Below, piece after piece: positions 39,628-49,998 of a stretch of DNA of 64,000 nucleotides. This DNA is from an uncultured Gemmatimonadales bacterium (lineage in GTDB: Bacteria > Gemmatimonadota > Gemmatimonadetes > Gemmatimonadales > GWC2-71-9): assembly GCA_963695555.1 (NCBI GenBank), contig CAVOGR010000002.1, forward strand, positions 160,001-224,000, given 5' to 3'. The notes under the pieces were generated by a model, which worked only from the letters and a program-made list of their open reading frames with translations, had not been told where the DNA came from and did not search any database. Each line of letters starts with the position of its first letter. Position 1 is the first letter of the stretch. A program made the translations under genes and the position numbers.

Positions 39628-40767
39628 ATGTTGAAGTCTCGAGGCGTGCTCGGTCTAGGATTCCTCTCGTTCCTCACCGCTTGCGCCGCGGCGCCGAGTG
39701 GGGCCCAAGCCGGTGCCAAGGCAGCCCCACCGCCGCACGCAGGCACCTACACGATCTACGTCGCCAACGAATCCTCCGATCTGATCTCTCGGGTCCGATT
39801 TGACGGGAAAGTCGCCGTTGAAGAAAAGACCATCGCGGTGGGGATCATGCCGGCCGATCTCGATGGCGCCCATGGCCTGACGGTCTCGCCGCGCGGCGAC
39901 TATTGGTTCGTCTCGCTGGCTCACGGCACGCCGTTCGGCAAGGTGTGGAAATTCGCCACCGGAGTCGATACGCTGGTCGATTCCCTCACCGTGGGATCAT
40001 TCCCCGCCTCGATGGCGCTCACCCCGGACGGCTCCGGACTGTTTGTCGTCAATTTCAACCTATATGGTCGGCATGTCCCCAGTTCGGTCTCGGCCGTGTT
40101 TACACCATTCATGCGTGAGTCCAATCGCATTCAGACATGCGTCATGCCGCACGGCAGCTCAATCACCCATGACGGCCGGCGGCATTTCTCCACCTGTATG
40201 ATGAGCGATCAGCTGGTTGAGATCTCGACCGAGGATGAGGAGGTCACTCGCCGCGTCTCATTGACTCCCGGTCAGGAGCGTCTTCTCCCGGTCGACGACC
40301 AGGGAGCCGAGCACGCGATGGGCGGCCAACGATGCAAGCCGACGTGGGTCGCCATTGCCCCAGACGACAGCCGGCTCTACGTGCCGTGTAACGGGCATGC
40401 CGAGATCGTGGAACTCGACGCGACGACGCTCGCGGTGACGCGCCGCTTCCCAACCGGCAAGGGGCCGTACAACGCAGCCGTGAGCCCGGACGGTCGTTTC
40501 CTCTTGGCGACGCTCAAGGGGGCGCAGGGGCTCGCGATTATTGCCCTCGGTACCGGCGCTGAGGTTCGGGTTCCTACGACGCAGCCCATCACCCACGGCG
40601 TCACGATCTCGCCCGACTCTCGGTACGCCTTCGTGTCCAATGAAGCAATCGGGGCTGTCCGCGGAACGGTCGATGTGATCGACCTCCGCACGAAGGAGCT
40701 GGTGGCATCGACCCAGGTGCAGTACCAGCCGGGTGGAATCGCATTCTGGCAGATGACGAGTCCGTAG
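39628..40767 (+). CDS. YncE/YVTN beta-propeller lipoprotein
   Basis: Lipobox LTAC; YVANESSD, VGSFPASMALTPDG, TGKGPYNAAVSPDG. Confidence 0.85.
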   Translation: MLKSRGVLGLGFLSFLTACAAAPSGAQAGAKAAPPPHAGTYTIYVANESSDLISRVRFDGKVAVEEKTIAVGIMPADLDGAHGLTVSPRGDYWFVSLAHGTPFGKVWKFATGVDTLVDSLTVGSFPASMALTPDGSGLFVVNFNLYGRHVPSSVSAVFTPFMRESNRIQTCVMPHGSSITHDGRRHFSTCMMSDQLVEISTEDEEVTRRVSLTPGQERLLPVDDQGAEHAMGGQRCKPTWVAIAPDDSRLYVPCNGHAEIVELDATTLAVTRRFPTGKGPYNAAVSPDGRFLLATLKGAQGLAIIALGTGAEVRVPTTQPITHGVTISPDSRYAFVSNEAIGAVRGTVDVIDLRTKELVASTQVQYQPGGIAFWQMTSP

Positions 40768-40815
40768 GGGATCCGCTGGCCCGGCCGGCCAGGGGGGTGC
40801 TAGTTTCCGCCACCC

Positions 40816-41790
40816 ATGGACCCTCTCTGCCACACGTTGGTCGGTGCCAGCCTGGCTCAGGCCGGTCTCAAACGTCGCACCGCGCTCGGCACCGCGACCC
40901 TCCTGATCGGGGCCAACCTCCCCGACGTGGACTTCGTGTCCCGCGCCTGGGGCACCGTCCCGATGCTGGAATGGCGGCGGGGCTGGACCCACGGCGTGCT
41001 CGCCCTGGCCGTCCTACCCATCTTGTTGACCGGTCTCATGCTTGCCTGGGACCGGGTGGGCCGAAAGAGATCTTCAGACAAGATTCCGGTCTCCGCTAAA
41101 CAGCTCCTGCTACTATCCGGCGTTGCCGTCCTGACCCACCCGACCCTCGATTGGCTCAACACCTACGGGATGCGATGGCTGATGCCCTTCTCCGACCGAT
41201 GGTACTACGGGGATGCGCTCTTTATCGTCGACCCGTGGGTGTGGCTGGTGCTGGCGGCCGGAATTGTCCTCAGCCTGTCCCGCGAACGCCGCCACAGTGC
41301 CGCGTCGTCGGGGCGGCCAGCCCTGGTGGCGCTGGCTCTGGTTACGGTGTATATCCTATCGATGTTCGGGCTGAGCGCCGTCACCGAGCGCCGCTTGGCC
41401 AGCGCCTACGCGTCGCAAACGGGCGTTGCTCCGATCTACGTGATGGCCGGTCCGGTCCCTCTGAATCCTCTCCGCCGATCGATCGTGATCCAGACCCGCG
41501 ATCACTATGTGGTCGGCGACTATTCGTGGCTGCCGGCCGGATGGACGGAAGGCGAACGCACCTATCCAACACTCCAGCGGGGGATGCGTGATTCGAACGT
41601 CCACCACGCCGTGACCCAACCCGCCGGACGCGGGTTCCTGAGCTGGACTCGGTTTGCGACATACACGGTGGAGGATACGACCAAACCATCGATAGTGCAT
41701 TTAATCGATCTTCGGTACGCAACCGAGCCCACTGCGCCTTTCGGCACCGTTGCGATACCGCCTACCACATCTGGACGAGGCACACCATGA
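40816..41790 (+). CDS. Membrane-bound metal-dependent hydrolase (YdjM/DUF457-like)
   Basis: MDPLCHTLVG, ANLPDVD, RRGWTHG, THPTLDWLNTYG. Confidence 0.87.
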   Translation: MDPLCHTLVGASLAQAGLKRRTALGTATLLIGANLPDVDFVSRAWGTVPMLEWRRGWTHGVLALAVLPILLTGLMLAWDRVGRKRSSDKIPVSAKQLLLLSGVAVLTHPTLDWLNTYGMRWLMPFSDRWYYGDALFIVDPWVWLVLAAGIVLSLSRERRHSAASSGRPALVALALVTVYILSMFGLSAVTERRLASAYASQTGVAPIYVMAGPVPLNPLRRSIVIQTRDHYVVGDYSWLPAGWTEGERTYPTLQRGMRDSNVHHAVTQPAGRGFLSWTRFATYTVEDTTKPSIVHLIDLRYATEPTAPFGTVAIPPTTSGRGTP

Positions 41791-42830
41791 CGGACGAGCT
41801 CGTAAGACTCATACAGGAATGGGACGGCCAGGGCGTCTACGTTAAGTACGACAAGCTGACCGGCGCTTGGTTTTTTATTGCGCTCCACGACCCGACCCTC
41901 GGCATCATGGCCGGGGGCTGTCGGATGAAGGAATACCCTACGCCCGCGGACGGTCTTCGGGACGCGATGCGTCTTGGCCGCGGCATGACCCACAAATGGG
42001 CGGCGATCGACTTCCACTACGGTGGCGGCAAGTCGGTCCTCGCGCTGTCGCGTCCCATCAAAGACAATGAACGGGAGGGCCTGCTCCGGCGCTTCGGTCG
42101 CATGCTCAAGTCCTTGAATGGAGCGTATACGACCGGCGTCGACCTCGGGGTGACCCCGGAGGATATGGCCATCCTTCGGGATGAAGGCCAGTATGTCTTC
42201 GGCGGCAAGGGCCATGAGGATCCCGGCCCGTATACCGCGCTCGGTGTGTTCTCCTGTATCAAGACAACAGCACGTCATGCATTTGGGACTATCGATCTCA
42301 CCGGCCGATCGGTGCTGATTCAGGGCGTCGGGGATGTCGGCGAACCCCTCGCAAAGATGTTGGCTGAGGCCGGTGCGACACTCATCCTCAGCGACCTCGA
42401 CCAGCAGCGAGCGGCGAGAGTCGCCAAGGAACTAGGTGGCACGACGGTCGATCCCGACAGCGTGTCCGACACCGCGTGCGATATTCTCGCGCCGTGCGCC
42501 ATCGGGGCCACACTCAACAAGCAGACTATTCCCCGCCTCAACTGCCGAGCGATTGCGGGATCAGCCAACAACCAACTCGAAGAGGACGCCGATGCCGAGC
42601 GGTTGCATGAGCGAGGCATTCTCTACGCCCCGGATTACATCGTGAATGCGGGCGGGGCCATGGCCTTCGCGCTCTTCCACGAGGGCAAGCTGACCGATGC
42701 GGAGGTGGAAGACCGTATTACCGGGATCGGAGATTCGCTCGACCGCATTCTTGGCGAGGCCAAGGAACGGAACGAGTCGCCGCTCAACGCCGCGATCAAG
42801 CGAGTAGAACAGGTGCTGGGGCATCATTGA
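41787..42830 (+). CDS. Glu/Leu/Phe/Val dehydrogenase (leucine dehydrogenase-like)
   Basis: GGCRM, GMTHK, GGGKSV, QGVGDVG, PCAIG, GSANNQL, PDYIVNAGG. Confidence 0.92.
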   Translation: MTDELVRLIQEWDGQGVYVKYDKLTGAWFFIALHDPTLGIMAGGCRMKEYPTPADGLRDAMRLGRGMTHKWAAIDFHYGGGKSVLALSRPIKDNEREGLLRRFGRMLKSLNGAYTTGVDLGVTPEDMAILRDEGQYVFGGKGHEDPGPYTALGVFSCIKTTARHAFGTIDLTGRSVLIQGVGDVGEPLAKMLAEAGATLILSDLDQQRAARVAKELGGTTVDPDSVSDTACDILAPCAIGATLNKQTIPRLNCRAIAGSANNQLEEDADAERLHERGILYAPDYIVNAGGAMAFALFHEGKLTDAEVEDRITGIGDSLDRILGEAKERNESPLNAAIKRVEQVLGHH

Positions 42831-42840
42831 CCAACCCGCG

Positions 42841-42942
42841 GGCTAGGCTATCGGCTATCGGCTATCGGCTATCGGCTATCGGCTATCGGCTATCGGCGCT
42901 ATCGGCTATCGGCTATCGGCTATCGGCTATCGGCTATCGGCT
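42841..42942. repeat. Tandem heptamer repeat (GGCTATC)n
   Basis: 12 perfect units plus one interrupted unit (GGCGCTATC at 42895-42903); intergenic. Confidence 0.97.
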
Positions 42943-42995
42943 GCGAGCGATACTCGGCTGATTGATCGAATGCCATCCTACGGGAGTACCTACGT

Positions 42996-43559
42996 GTGAG
43001 ATTATTGATGATGGCTGCGTCTTTGCGACGGGGCTCGTACAACAAGAAGCTCGTCCGCCTAACCGCTGCCCTCGCGCGCGCCGAGGGCGTCGACGTCGAT
43101 GTGCCCGACTTCAATGAATTCCCCGTTCCGATGTATAACTTCGATGACGAAGATGGTACCGGTATTCCGGCTGGTGCCCAAGCCTTCGCCCAGCGCCTTG
43201 GCGAAGCAAGTGGCATAGTGATTTCATCGCCGGAGTACAACCACTCCCTCCCCGGCACGATCAAGAACTTGATCGATTGGGTGTCACGGATCCGCCCGCT
43301 TCCGTTCAAGAACAAACACGCCCTGCTCTTGTCGGCGTCCCCTTCGGTGGTCGGGGGAAACCGCGGACTCTGGGCGCTTCGCGTGCCCCTCGAAGCCATG
43401 GGCGTGTTGGTCTACCCGTCGATGTTCTCATTGGCCAAGGCAAACCAGGCGTTCGGAGACCACGGCGAACTCCTCGACCCCAAATTGGCGCAGCGACTCG
43501 AGGGCATCCTCGGCAGTTACCTGCGCATGGCGGGCGCCCTGGAAAACACGCACGCGTAA
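42996..43559 (+). CDS. NADPH-dependent FMN reductase (flavodoxin-like)
   Basis: ASLRRGSYNKKL, SPEYNHSLPGTIKNLIDWVSR. Confidence 0.92.
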   Translation: MRLLMMAASLRRGSYNKKLVRLTAALARAEGVDVDVPDFNEFPVPMYNFDDEDGTGIPAGAQAFAQRLGEASGIVISSPEYNHSLPGTIKNLIDWVSRIRPLPFKNKHALLLSASPSVVGGNRGLWALRVPLEAMGVLVYPSMFSLAKANQAFGDHGELLDPKLAQRLEGILGSYLRMAGALENTHA

Positions 43560-43575
43560 ACTGGGAGGGCGTGAT

Positions 43576-44085
43576 ATGCCCATTGCACAATCCTTGCTGC
43601 CTGAATTCGATCAGGAAATGGCGGCGACGCGGAAGGTGCTCGAGCGGGTTCCTGAAGACAGGTTCGAATGGGCCCCGCACGAGAAATCGATGACGCTCCG
43701 CCAACTCGCGACCCATGTCGCGAACCTGGTGGGCTGGACCCAGCTGACGCTCGAGCAGAGCGAATTCGATGTGGCGCCGCCCGGAGGAGAGGCATTCACG
43801 CTCCCGGTGCTTGATTCGGTCTCGGAGTTGCTGGCGATGTTCGATCGCAATAGCACGTCGGCCCGCAAGGCCATTGCCGGCACAGGGGACGATGTCTTCA
43901 TGCAGTCGTGGACCCTCAAGAAGGGCGGCGAGGCCGTCTTTTCGGCCCCCAAGGGGGGAGTGCTCCGACGCTTTGTGATGAACCACCTGATCCATCATCG
44001 GGGCCAACTCACCGTCTACCTCCGCCTGCTCGGAGTCTCGGTACCGCAGACGATTGGGAACACGGCGGACGAGCCGGAGTTTTGA
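43576..44085 (+). CDS. DinB/YfiT superfamily protein (four-helix, not the polymerase)
   Basis: PHEKSMTLRQLATH, NHLIHHRGQLTVYLR. Confidence 0.9.
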   Translation: MPIAQSLLPEFDQEMAATRKVLERVPEDRFEWAPHEKSMTLRQLATHVANLVGWTQLTLEQSEFDVAPPGGEAFTLPVLDSVSELLAMFDRNSTSARKAIAGTGDDVFMQSWTLKKGGEAVFSAPKGGVLRRFVMNHLIHHRGQLTVYLRLLGVSVPQTIGNTADEPEF

Positions 44086-44137
44086 ACTAGGGAGGTAGGC
44101 GGTGGGACGTAGGAGCGTAGGACTGATAGATAGAATG

Positions 44138-44162
44138 GGTCGGCGGCATCCCACCGCCGACC
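44138..44162. terminator. Hairpin between convergent genes
   Basis: GGTCGGCGG-catccca-CCGCCGACC, 9-bp stem. Confidence 0.55.
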
Positions 44163-44171
44163 TCCTATTTC

Positions 44172-44870
44172 CTACCTCATCCTTCCTACCGCCTGCTCCT
44201 CCAGCATCGGCTCGAGCACGCGCCACACGGTCTCGGCCATGAGCGCCTGGCCCCGCGGTGTCGGGTGGATGCCGTCCGCTTGGTTCAGGGAATCGACGCC
44301 CGCCACACCCTCGAGCAGGAAGGGCACCAATCGGGCCTGGTTCTCCTGAGCCACGTCCCGGTAGACGGCGCGGAAGCTCCGGGTGTAGGCAGGTCCAAGA
44401 TTGGGCGGGGCTTCCATGCCCAAGATGAGCAGTGCGGGTGGCGGCTCCTGACGGCGTGCGCGGTCGATCACGGCCTGCAAGTTGGCCTTGAGCTGCGCCG
44501 GATCCTGACCGCGCAATCCATCGTTGGCCCCGGTCTCGATGACCAAGAGCGCCACCGGCTGCCGGAACAGCCAATCCACACGCCGCAGGGCTCCGGCGGA
44601 CGTCTCACCGCTCAGACCGGCGTTCACCACTCGATACTCCAACCCGGCCGAGTCTATCTTGCGTTGCAGGAAGGCTGGATACGCCTGGCTTTGGTCCAGC
44701 CCGTACCCAGCCGTGAGGCTCGTCCCCATGAATACGATCGCCGGACGATCGGCGTCGGACGCTGTCGCCACTTCGGCGACGACCGGCCGGGTACGATTCG
44801 ATTGCTCCCCGGAGCAGCTGAGGGCCGCAGTTGCAACTATCAAGAACCCGATCGCGTAAAGCCGACTCAC
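44172..44870 (-). CDS. tesA: Arylesterase / acyl-CoA thioesterase I (SGNH), lipoprotein
   Basis: GTSLTAGYG, NAGLSGETSAG, GANDGLRG, DGIHP; lipobox ALSC. Confidence 0.88.
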   Translation of the reverse strand: MSRLYAIGFLIVATAALSCSGEQSNRTRPVVAEVATASDADRPAIVFMGTSLTAGYGLDQSQAYPAFLQRKIDSAGLEYRVVNAGLSGETSAGALRRVDWLFRQPVALLVIETGANDGLRGQDPAQLKANLQAVIDRARRQEPPPALLILGMEAPPNLGPAYTRSFRAVYRDVAQENQARLVPFLLEGVAGVDSLNQADGIHPTPRGQALMAETVWRVLEPMLEEQAVGRMR

Positions 44871-44896
44871 ACTTTGATCCCTGTTTGGAGTGTACT

Positions 44897-45565
44897 GTGC
44901 TACGTTGTGAATCACTGACCCAGACCTACCTATCCGGTGGCAAGCCGCTCACCGTGCTCAAAGATATCACGCTCACCGTGGCCGGCGGCGAACGCCTTGC
45001 GGTGGTCGGCCCATCCGGCAGTGGGAAGTCGACCCTGCTCGGCCTGCTGGCCGGACTCGACCAGCCCACCACCGGCTCGGTGTACCTCGATGGCCAGCAC
45101 ATGGCTGCACTCTCGGAGGACCAGCGGGCCCGACTTCGCGGCGAGAAGGTCGGGTTCGTCTTTCAGACCTTCCAGCTCATTCCCACCTTGACCGCGAAGG
45201 AAAACGTCCAGGTGCCGCTCGAGCTCCGTGGGCTGCCGTCCGTCGCGCGAGCCCATGATCTGCTGGCACGGGTCGGCCTGGCGGATCGGATGGATCACTA
45301 CCCGAGCCAACTCTCGGGCGGGGAGCAGCAGCGGGTTGCCTTGGCTCGTGCCTTCAGCAACCATCCCAAGATTCTCTTCGCCGACGAACCGACGGGCAAC
45401 CTCGACGCCTCGACCGGTGCCACGGTCATCGACCTCATGATGGAGCTCAATCAGGAATCGGGCACCACCCTGATCCTCGTGACCCACGACCCGGATCTGG
45501 CCAACCGCGCGCGCCGTACGATCCGACTGCGTGATGGATCAGTAGTTTCGGACAGCGACGCATGA
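44897..45565 (+). CDS. ybbA: ABC ATP-binding protein, YbbA-like
   Basis: Walker [25 protein letters not shown]; divergent from tesA as in the conserved tesA-ybbAP locus. Confidence 0.88.
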   Translation: MLRCESLTQTYLSGGKPLTVLKDITLTVAGGERLAVVGPSGSGKSTLLGLLAGLDQPTTGSVYLDGQHMAALSEDQRARLRGEKVGFVFQTFQLIPTLTAKENVQVPLELRGLPSVARAHDLLARVGLADRMDHYPSQLSGGEQQRVALARAFSNHPKILFADEPTGNLDASTGATVIDLMMELNQESGTTLILVTHDPDLANRARRTIRLRDGSVVSDSDA

Positions 45566-48168
45566 GAGCTTGGCCGTTCGCCCTGCGAATGGGATGGCGT
45601 GAAAGCCGGGCATCACGCCGGCGCCTGGTGGTACTCATGGGCGCGATCGGCATCGGCGTGGGGGCCCTCGTGGCCATCAACGGGTTCACTGCGAACATGG
45701 CGGACTCGGTGGAACGTGAGGCGCAGGCGCTCTTGGGTGCCGATCTCTCGTTCGTCAGCCGGCGTCCGTTCACCCCGAGGGTCGAAAACCTCATCGACAG
45801 CCTCACCCGCCATGCCGCAACCATCGCGGGCTGCGACTCGGCGCCGTGTGCGTTGCCGGCCGACCGGCGGGTGGCCCGAACGACCGAATTCGACGCGATG
45901 GCCTATGTGCCCCGCACCAGCGGCACACGTTTGGTGCAGGTTTCCGCCATCGACGGCGCATTCCCATACTACGGAACAGTAGAGACCAACCCGGCTGCAG
46001 CCTGGCGTGACTTGCAACTGGGGCAGGACGCCATCGTCGATCCCTCGCTCTTGAGCGCTTTGGGTGCGAGCATCGGCGACACACTCGCGCTCGGAGAGGC
46101 GCGGTTTCGTATCACGGGAACCATCATCCATATCCCGGGCGATGTGGGGATCCAGAGCGCCTTTGGGCCGCGGGTGTTCGTTCCCGCACGGTACATCGCA
46201 GACACCAAACTCCTCGGCTTCGGCGCCCGCGTGCGATATGAGGCGTTCCTCAAGCTGGAAGCAGGAATGGACCCCGACCAAATCGCCTCGGGCTACCGGA
46301 CTCCCTTTCGCCAGGAGCGGGTTCGGATTCGAACCGTGCAGTCGGAACGGGAACGACTCAATCGGACGCTGACACAGTTCGGCCGCTTCCTCGGCCTGGT
46401 GGCCTTGATGGCACTCTTGCTGGGTGGGCTGGGAGTGGCCAGCGCGGTTCACGTGTTCGTCAAGCAGAAACGCGAGACCATTGCGGTGCTCCGGTGCCTG
46501 GGAGCGACCGCCGGCACGGTGTTCCGCACCTACCTCGGCCAAGCCCTGGCGATTGGCTTTTTCGGGAGCCTATTCGGAGTCGGTCTCGGTATCGCAGTCC
46601 AGTTGCTGCTGCCCGCCGTGCTCCGTGATGTGCTTCCGGTCGATGTGCGTGTACGTCCATCCGGGTCGGCGATCGCCCTGGGAATGCTGACCGGGGTCTG
46701 GGTCGCCTCGATCTTTGCCCTCCTGCCGCTGCTCAAGGTTCGCCTCATCTCACCACTGGGCGCCCTTCGAGAGCCGTTCGAGACCGGTACCTCGACACCG
46801 CGCGATCGCATTCGCTGGGTAGCCGCCGCCGGACTGAGCGTGAGCGTGGTGCTCCTCGCCGTCATGCAAGCCGGCAGCTGGCTCCAGGGCCTCGCCTTTG
46901 CCGGCAGCATCGGCCTGGGACTGCTCATTCTCTGGGCTGCCGCCGTGGGACTCACCAAGGCCGTGCGACGGTGGCTCCCGGCCCGTTCGCCCTACGTAAT
47001 GCGGCAGGGTCTGGCCAATCTGTTTCGTCCGGCAAATCAGACGGTAGCGATCATCCTGGCCCTCGGCTTCGGCGCGTTTCTCCTGAGTACGTTGGTCCTC
47101 GTCCAGCAGAACTTCCTTCGCCAACTGCGGATCGATTCGGTCGAGAACCGTCCGAACCTGCTGATTTTCGATGTACAACCCGACCAACTCGGCCCACTAC
47201 AGGACGAAGTCAAGGCCGCGGGCCTCCCGCTCGGGCCGGCGGTCCCGCTGGTTCCCATGCGCATCGAGTCGGTCAAGGGCGCGCCGGTCCTCCGAAGCTC
47301 CACCGAATCGGAAGAAGGTGATTCCGCGGCGAGCTCGACCTGGGCCCATCGCCGGGAGTATCGGTCCACCTACCGCGACACCATGGTCAATTCCGAGCGG
47401 TTGGTCGCGGGCGAGTGGTGGCCTCCGACCACCACCCTGAAACCAGGCGACCCGGTGCCGGTTTCGCTCGAACGCGACGTCGCCGAGGTGCTGGGAGTCG
47501 GGGTCGGCGACGAAATCGTGTGGGATGTCCAGGGCGTGCCACTCCGGTCGATCGTCACCAGCATCCGTGAAGTCGACTGGGCACAGTTCCAGACGAATTT
47601 CTTTGCCGTCTTCGCGCCCGGTGCGCTCGAGCAGGCTCCACAAATGTTCGTGACCCAAACCCGGGCCGACGATCCGGTTAGCCGGGGAACATTCCAGCGC
47701 CGCCTCGCGGAGCGCTTTCCCAATGTCAGTTCGATCGATCTCATGGCCGTCCAACAGGCGCTCGACCGGATCATTGGGCGGGTCGTGGCGGCGGTTCGAT
47801 TCGTGGCGATCTTCAGTTTGGTTACGGGTATCATGGTGCTCATCGGTGCCCTGGCCACCAGCCGCTTCCAGCGAGTCCGTGAGGGGGTGTTGCTGAAGAC
47901 CCTGGGCGCGACGCAACGCCAAGTAATGCGCGTTGCCCTCACCGAGTACGCCGCGTTGGGCTTGTTAGCTGCGACCGTTGCCATCGTCCTCTCGATTGCG
48001 GCGGGATGGGGCCTCGTCACCTTCGTCTTCGAGTCCGATTTCGCTCTGCCCATCGGCCGGCTCGCCGCACTCGCGGCCGGGATGGCGCTTCTGACGATGG
48101 GGGTCGGGGTGTGGAATAGCCGGGCTATCTTCCGCGCAACCCCGCTCGCGGTACTGCGGGCCGAGTAG
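45562..48168 (+). CDS. ybbP: Double FtsX-domain ABC permease, YbbP-like
   Basis: LLGADL, IAVLRCLGA, FDVQPDQ, REVDW..FQTNFF, LLKTLGA. Confidence 0.88.
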   Translation: MRAWPFALRMGWRESRASRRRLVVLMGAIGIGVGALVAINGFTANMADSVEREAQALLGADLSFVSRRPFTPRVENLIDSLTRHAATIAGCDSAPCALPADRRVARTTEFDAMAYVPRTSGTRLVQVSAIDGAFPYYGTVETNPAAAWRDLQLGQDAIVDPSLLSALGASIGDTLALGEARFRITGTIIHIPGDVGIQSAFGPRVFVPARYIADTKLLGFGARVRYEAFLKLEAGMDPDQIASGYRTPFRQERVRIRTVQSERERLNRTLTQFGRFLGLVALMALLLGGLGVASAVHVFVKQKRETIAVLRCLGATAGTVFRTYLGQALAIGFFGSLFGVGLGIAVQLLLPAVLRDVLPVDVRVRPSGSAIALGMLTGVWVASIFALLPLLKVRLISPLGALREPFETGTSTPRDRIRWVAAAGLSVSVVLLAVMQAGSWLQGLAFAGSIGLGLLILWAAAVGLTKAVRRWLPARSPYVMRQGLANLFRPANQTVAIILALGFGAFLLSTLVLVQQNFLRQLRIDSVENRPNLLIFDVQPDQLGPLQDEVKAAGLPLGPAVPLVPMRIESVKGAPVLRSSTESEEGDSAASSTWAHRREYRSTYRDTMVNSERLVAGEWWPPTTTLKPGDPVPVSLERDVAEVLGVGVGDEIVWDVQGVPLRSIVTSIREVDWAQFQTNFFAVFAPGALEQAPQMFVTQTRADDPVSRGTFQRRLAERFPNVSSIDLMAVQQALDRIIGRVVAAVRFVAIFSLVTGIMVLIGALATSRFQRVREGVLLKTLGATQRQVMRVALTEYAALGLLAATVAIVLSIAAGWGLVTFVFESDFALPIGRLAALAAGMALLTMGVGVWNSRAIFRATPLAVLRAE

Positions 48169-48252
48169 ACAAATCGACGAATAGTGCGGACTGGGCACCC
48201 CGGCGATACATTATTCCTCCACCTCGACCCACTGGACGAGAGGATTCCTGGT

Positions 48253-49164
48253 ATGCTGTCTATCGATCTCACGGGCAAACGGGCCTTCGTCGCCGGCGTG
48301 GCTGACGACGGCGGCTTCGGTTTCGCCATCGCCAAACAACTCGCCGAAGCCGGCGCCAGCATCTGCGTGGGCACCTGGCCGCCAGCCCTCGGCATTTTCC
48401 AGAAGCTGCTCGAGCGCGGCAAGATGGAGGACTCGCTCAAGCTCAAGAGCGGTGGGATGCTCGAGTTCGAACGCATCTATCCTCTCGATGCGGCGTTCGA
48501 CACTCTCGACGATGCACCTGAAGACGTCCGGACGAACAAACGGTACAAAGAGACCGGGGACTTCAGCATCGCCGGCGTGGCGGCACGATTCCGAGAGGAC
48601 TTCGGCCAGAACCCGGTGGACATCGTGGTGCACAGCCTGGCCAACGCGCCGGAAGTGAAGTCCCCGCTCATCGACACGAGCCGCCGTGGATACCTGGCCG
48701 CACTGGGAACGAGTGCCTATAGCAATGTCTCCCTGGTCAGGACCTTTGCCCCGATGATGCGACCGGGTGGTGCCTTCGTCTCGCTGACCTACATGGCCAG
48801 CGAACGAGTGATCCCCGGATACGGAGGTGGGATGTCGTCCGCCAAGGCGGCGCTCGAAGCCGACACCCGCACCTTGGCCTACGAAGCCGGACGGCGTTAC
48901 GGTGTCCGGGTCAATACCATCTCGGCTGGGCCGTTTGCCTCACGCGCGGCATCGGCCATCGGATTCGTTCAACTCATGATCGATTACTACGAGGCCAATG
49001 CACCGCTGACTCGGCATCTCCAGGCTGACGACGTCGGAAACGCCGCCGTCTTCTTGACCAGCCCACTAGCCCAGGCGATCACGGGTACAGTGCTCTACGT
49101 GGACAATGGATACCACGCCATGGGCATGGCCGTGGCACTCGGGAACCAGGAACACACGTCATGA
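48253..49164 (+). CDS. fabI: Enoyl-ACP reductase, plant/chlamydial-type
   Basis: [45 protein letters not shown]. Confidence 0.92.
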   Translation: MLSIDLTGKRAFVAGVADDGGFGFAIAKQLAEAGASICVGTWPPALGIFQKLLERGKMEDSLKLKSGGMLEFERIYPLDAAFDTLDDAPEDVRTNKRYKETGDFSIAGVAARFREDFGQNPVDIVVHSLANAPEVKSPLIDTSRRGYLAALGTSAYSNVSLVRTFAPMMRPGGAFVSLTYMASERVIPGYGGGMSSAKAALEADTRTLAYEAGRRYGVRVNTISAGPFASRAASAIGFVQLMIDYYEANAPLTRHLQADDVGNAAVFLTSPLAQAITGTVLYVDNGYHAMGMAVALGNQEHTS

Positions 49165-49979
49165 CCAATGCAACACCGTCGATCTTCCGAAGGGACTTGC
49201 TCGGCGGAAAGGTCGCGTTGGTCACCGGAGGCGGCACCGGCATCGGGTACGGCATCTCCAACTGTCTTGCCGCGGCCGGAGCAGATGTGATCATCTCGAG
49301 CCGGAAGCCCGAGCACCTCGCACCGGCGGAGGAGTCACTGCGGCAACATGGCAGGCGGGTCAAGGCAATCGAAGGGAATGTTCGCGATCCGGATTCGATT
49401 GGCCGCCTGATGGAGCAGGCAGTCGCGGCATTCGGCACGATCGACATCCTGGTCAACAACGCCGCCGGCAACTTTTACGCGCCATCCGCCTCGCTCAGCC
49501 CGAATGGCTGGAAGGCCGTGATCGAGACCGATCTCTACGGCACGTTCTATTGCTCCCAAGCCGCGTACCCCATCATGAAGGACGCGGGCGGCGGCCGGAT
49601 CGTGTCGATCTCGATGACGCTGCACTACCGTGGCTGGCCGCTCATGGCTCATGCCACGGCAGCCAAGGCCGGGGTAGATGCGCTGACCCGCACACTGGCG
49701 GTGGAGTGGGCACGCGACGGGATCACGGTCAACGCCATCGCTCCGGGACCGATCCCGACGGAAGGGGTCCGCAAGGCCTTTACCCCCCCCAACCAGGATG
49801 CGCCCGACGTCTTCCGGATGGAGGAACACATGAAGCGTGCCATTCCACTCGGGCGGTGGGGAACACCGGAAGACATCGGCCAGATGGTAACGTACCTGGC
49901 GAGCCCGGCCGGGGAGTGGATTACCGGATCGATCTTCGTGGTCGACGGCGGCTCATGGCTTGCCGGCGGACGAGACTGA
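49161..49979 (+). CDS. SDR oxidoreductase, 2,4-dienoyl-CoA reductase (DECR-like)
   Basis: [16 protein letters not shown]...[18 protein letters not shown]. Confidence 0.85.
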   Translation: MTNATPSIFRRDLLGGKVALVTGGGTGIGYGISNCLAAAGADVIISSRKPEHLAPAEESLRQHGRRVKAIEGNVRDPDSIGRLMEQAVAAFGTIDILVNNAAGNFYAPSASLSPNGWKAVIETDLYGTFYCSQAAYPIMKDAGGGRIVSISMTLHYRGWPLMAHATAAKAGVDALTRTLAVEWARDGITVNAIAPGPIPTEGVRKAFTPPNQDAPDVFRMEEHMKRAIPLGRWGTPEDIGQMVTYLASPAGEWITGSIFVVDGGSWLAGGRD

Positions 49980-49998
49980 CTCTCAGCGAGGAGCCCGA

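Noticed and set aside
42841..42942. CRISPR array or coding repeat
   Set aside because: Pure 7-mer tandem with no spacers; intergenic.
43576..44085. SOS box upstream of the DinB-family and ydjM-like genes
   Set aside because: I found no TTCGG-N6-TTCGG motif upstream of either gene.
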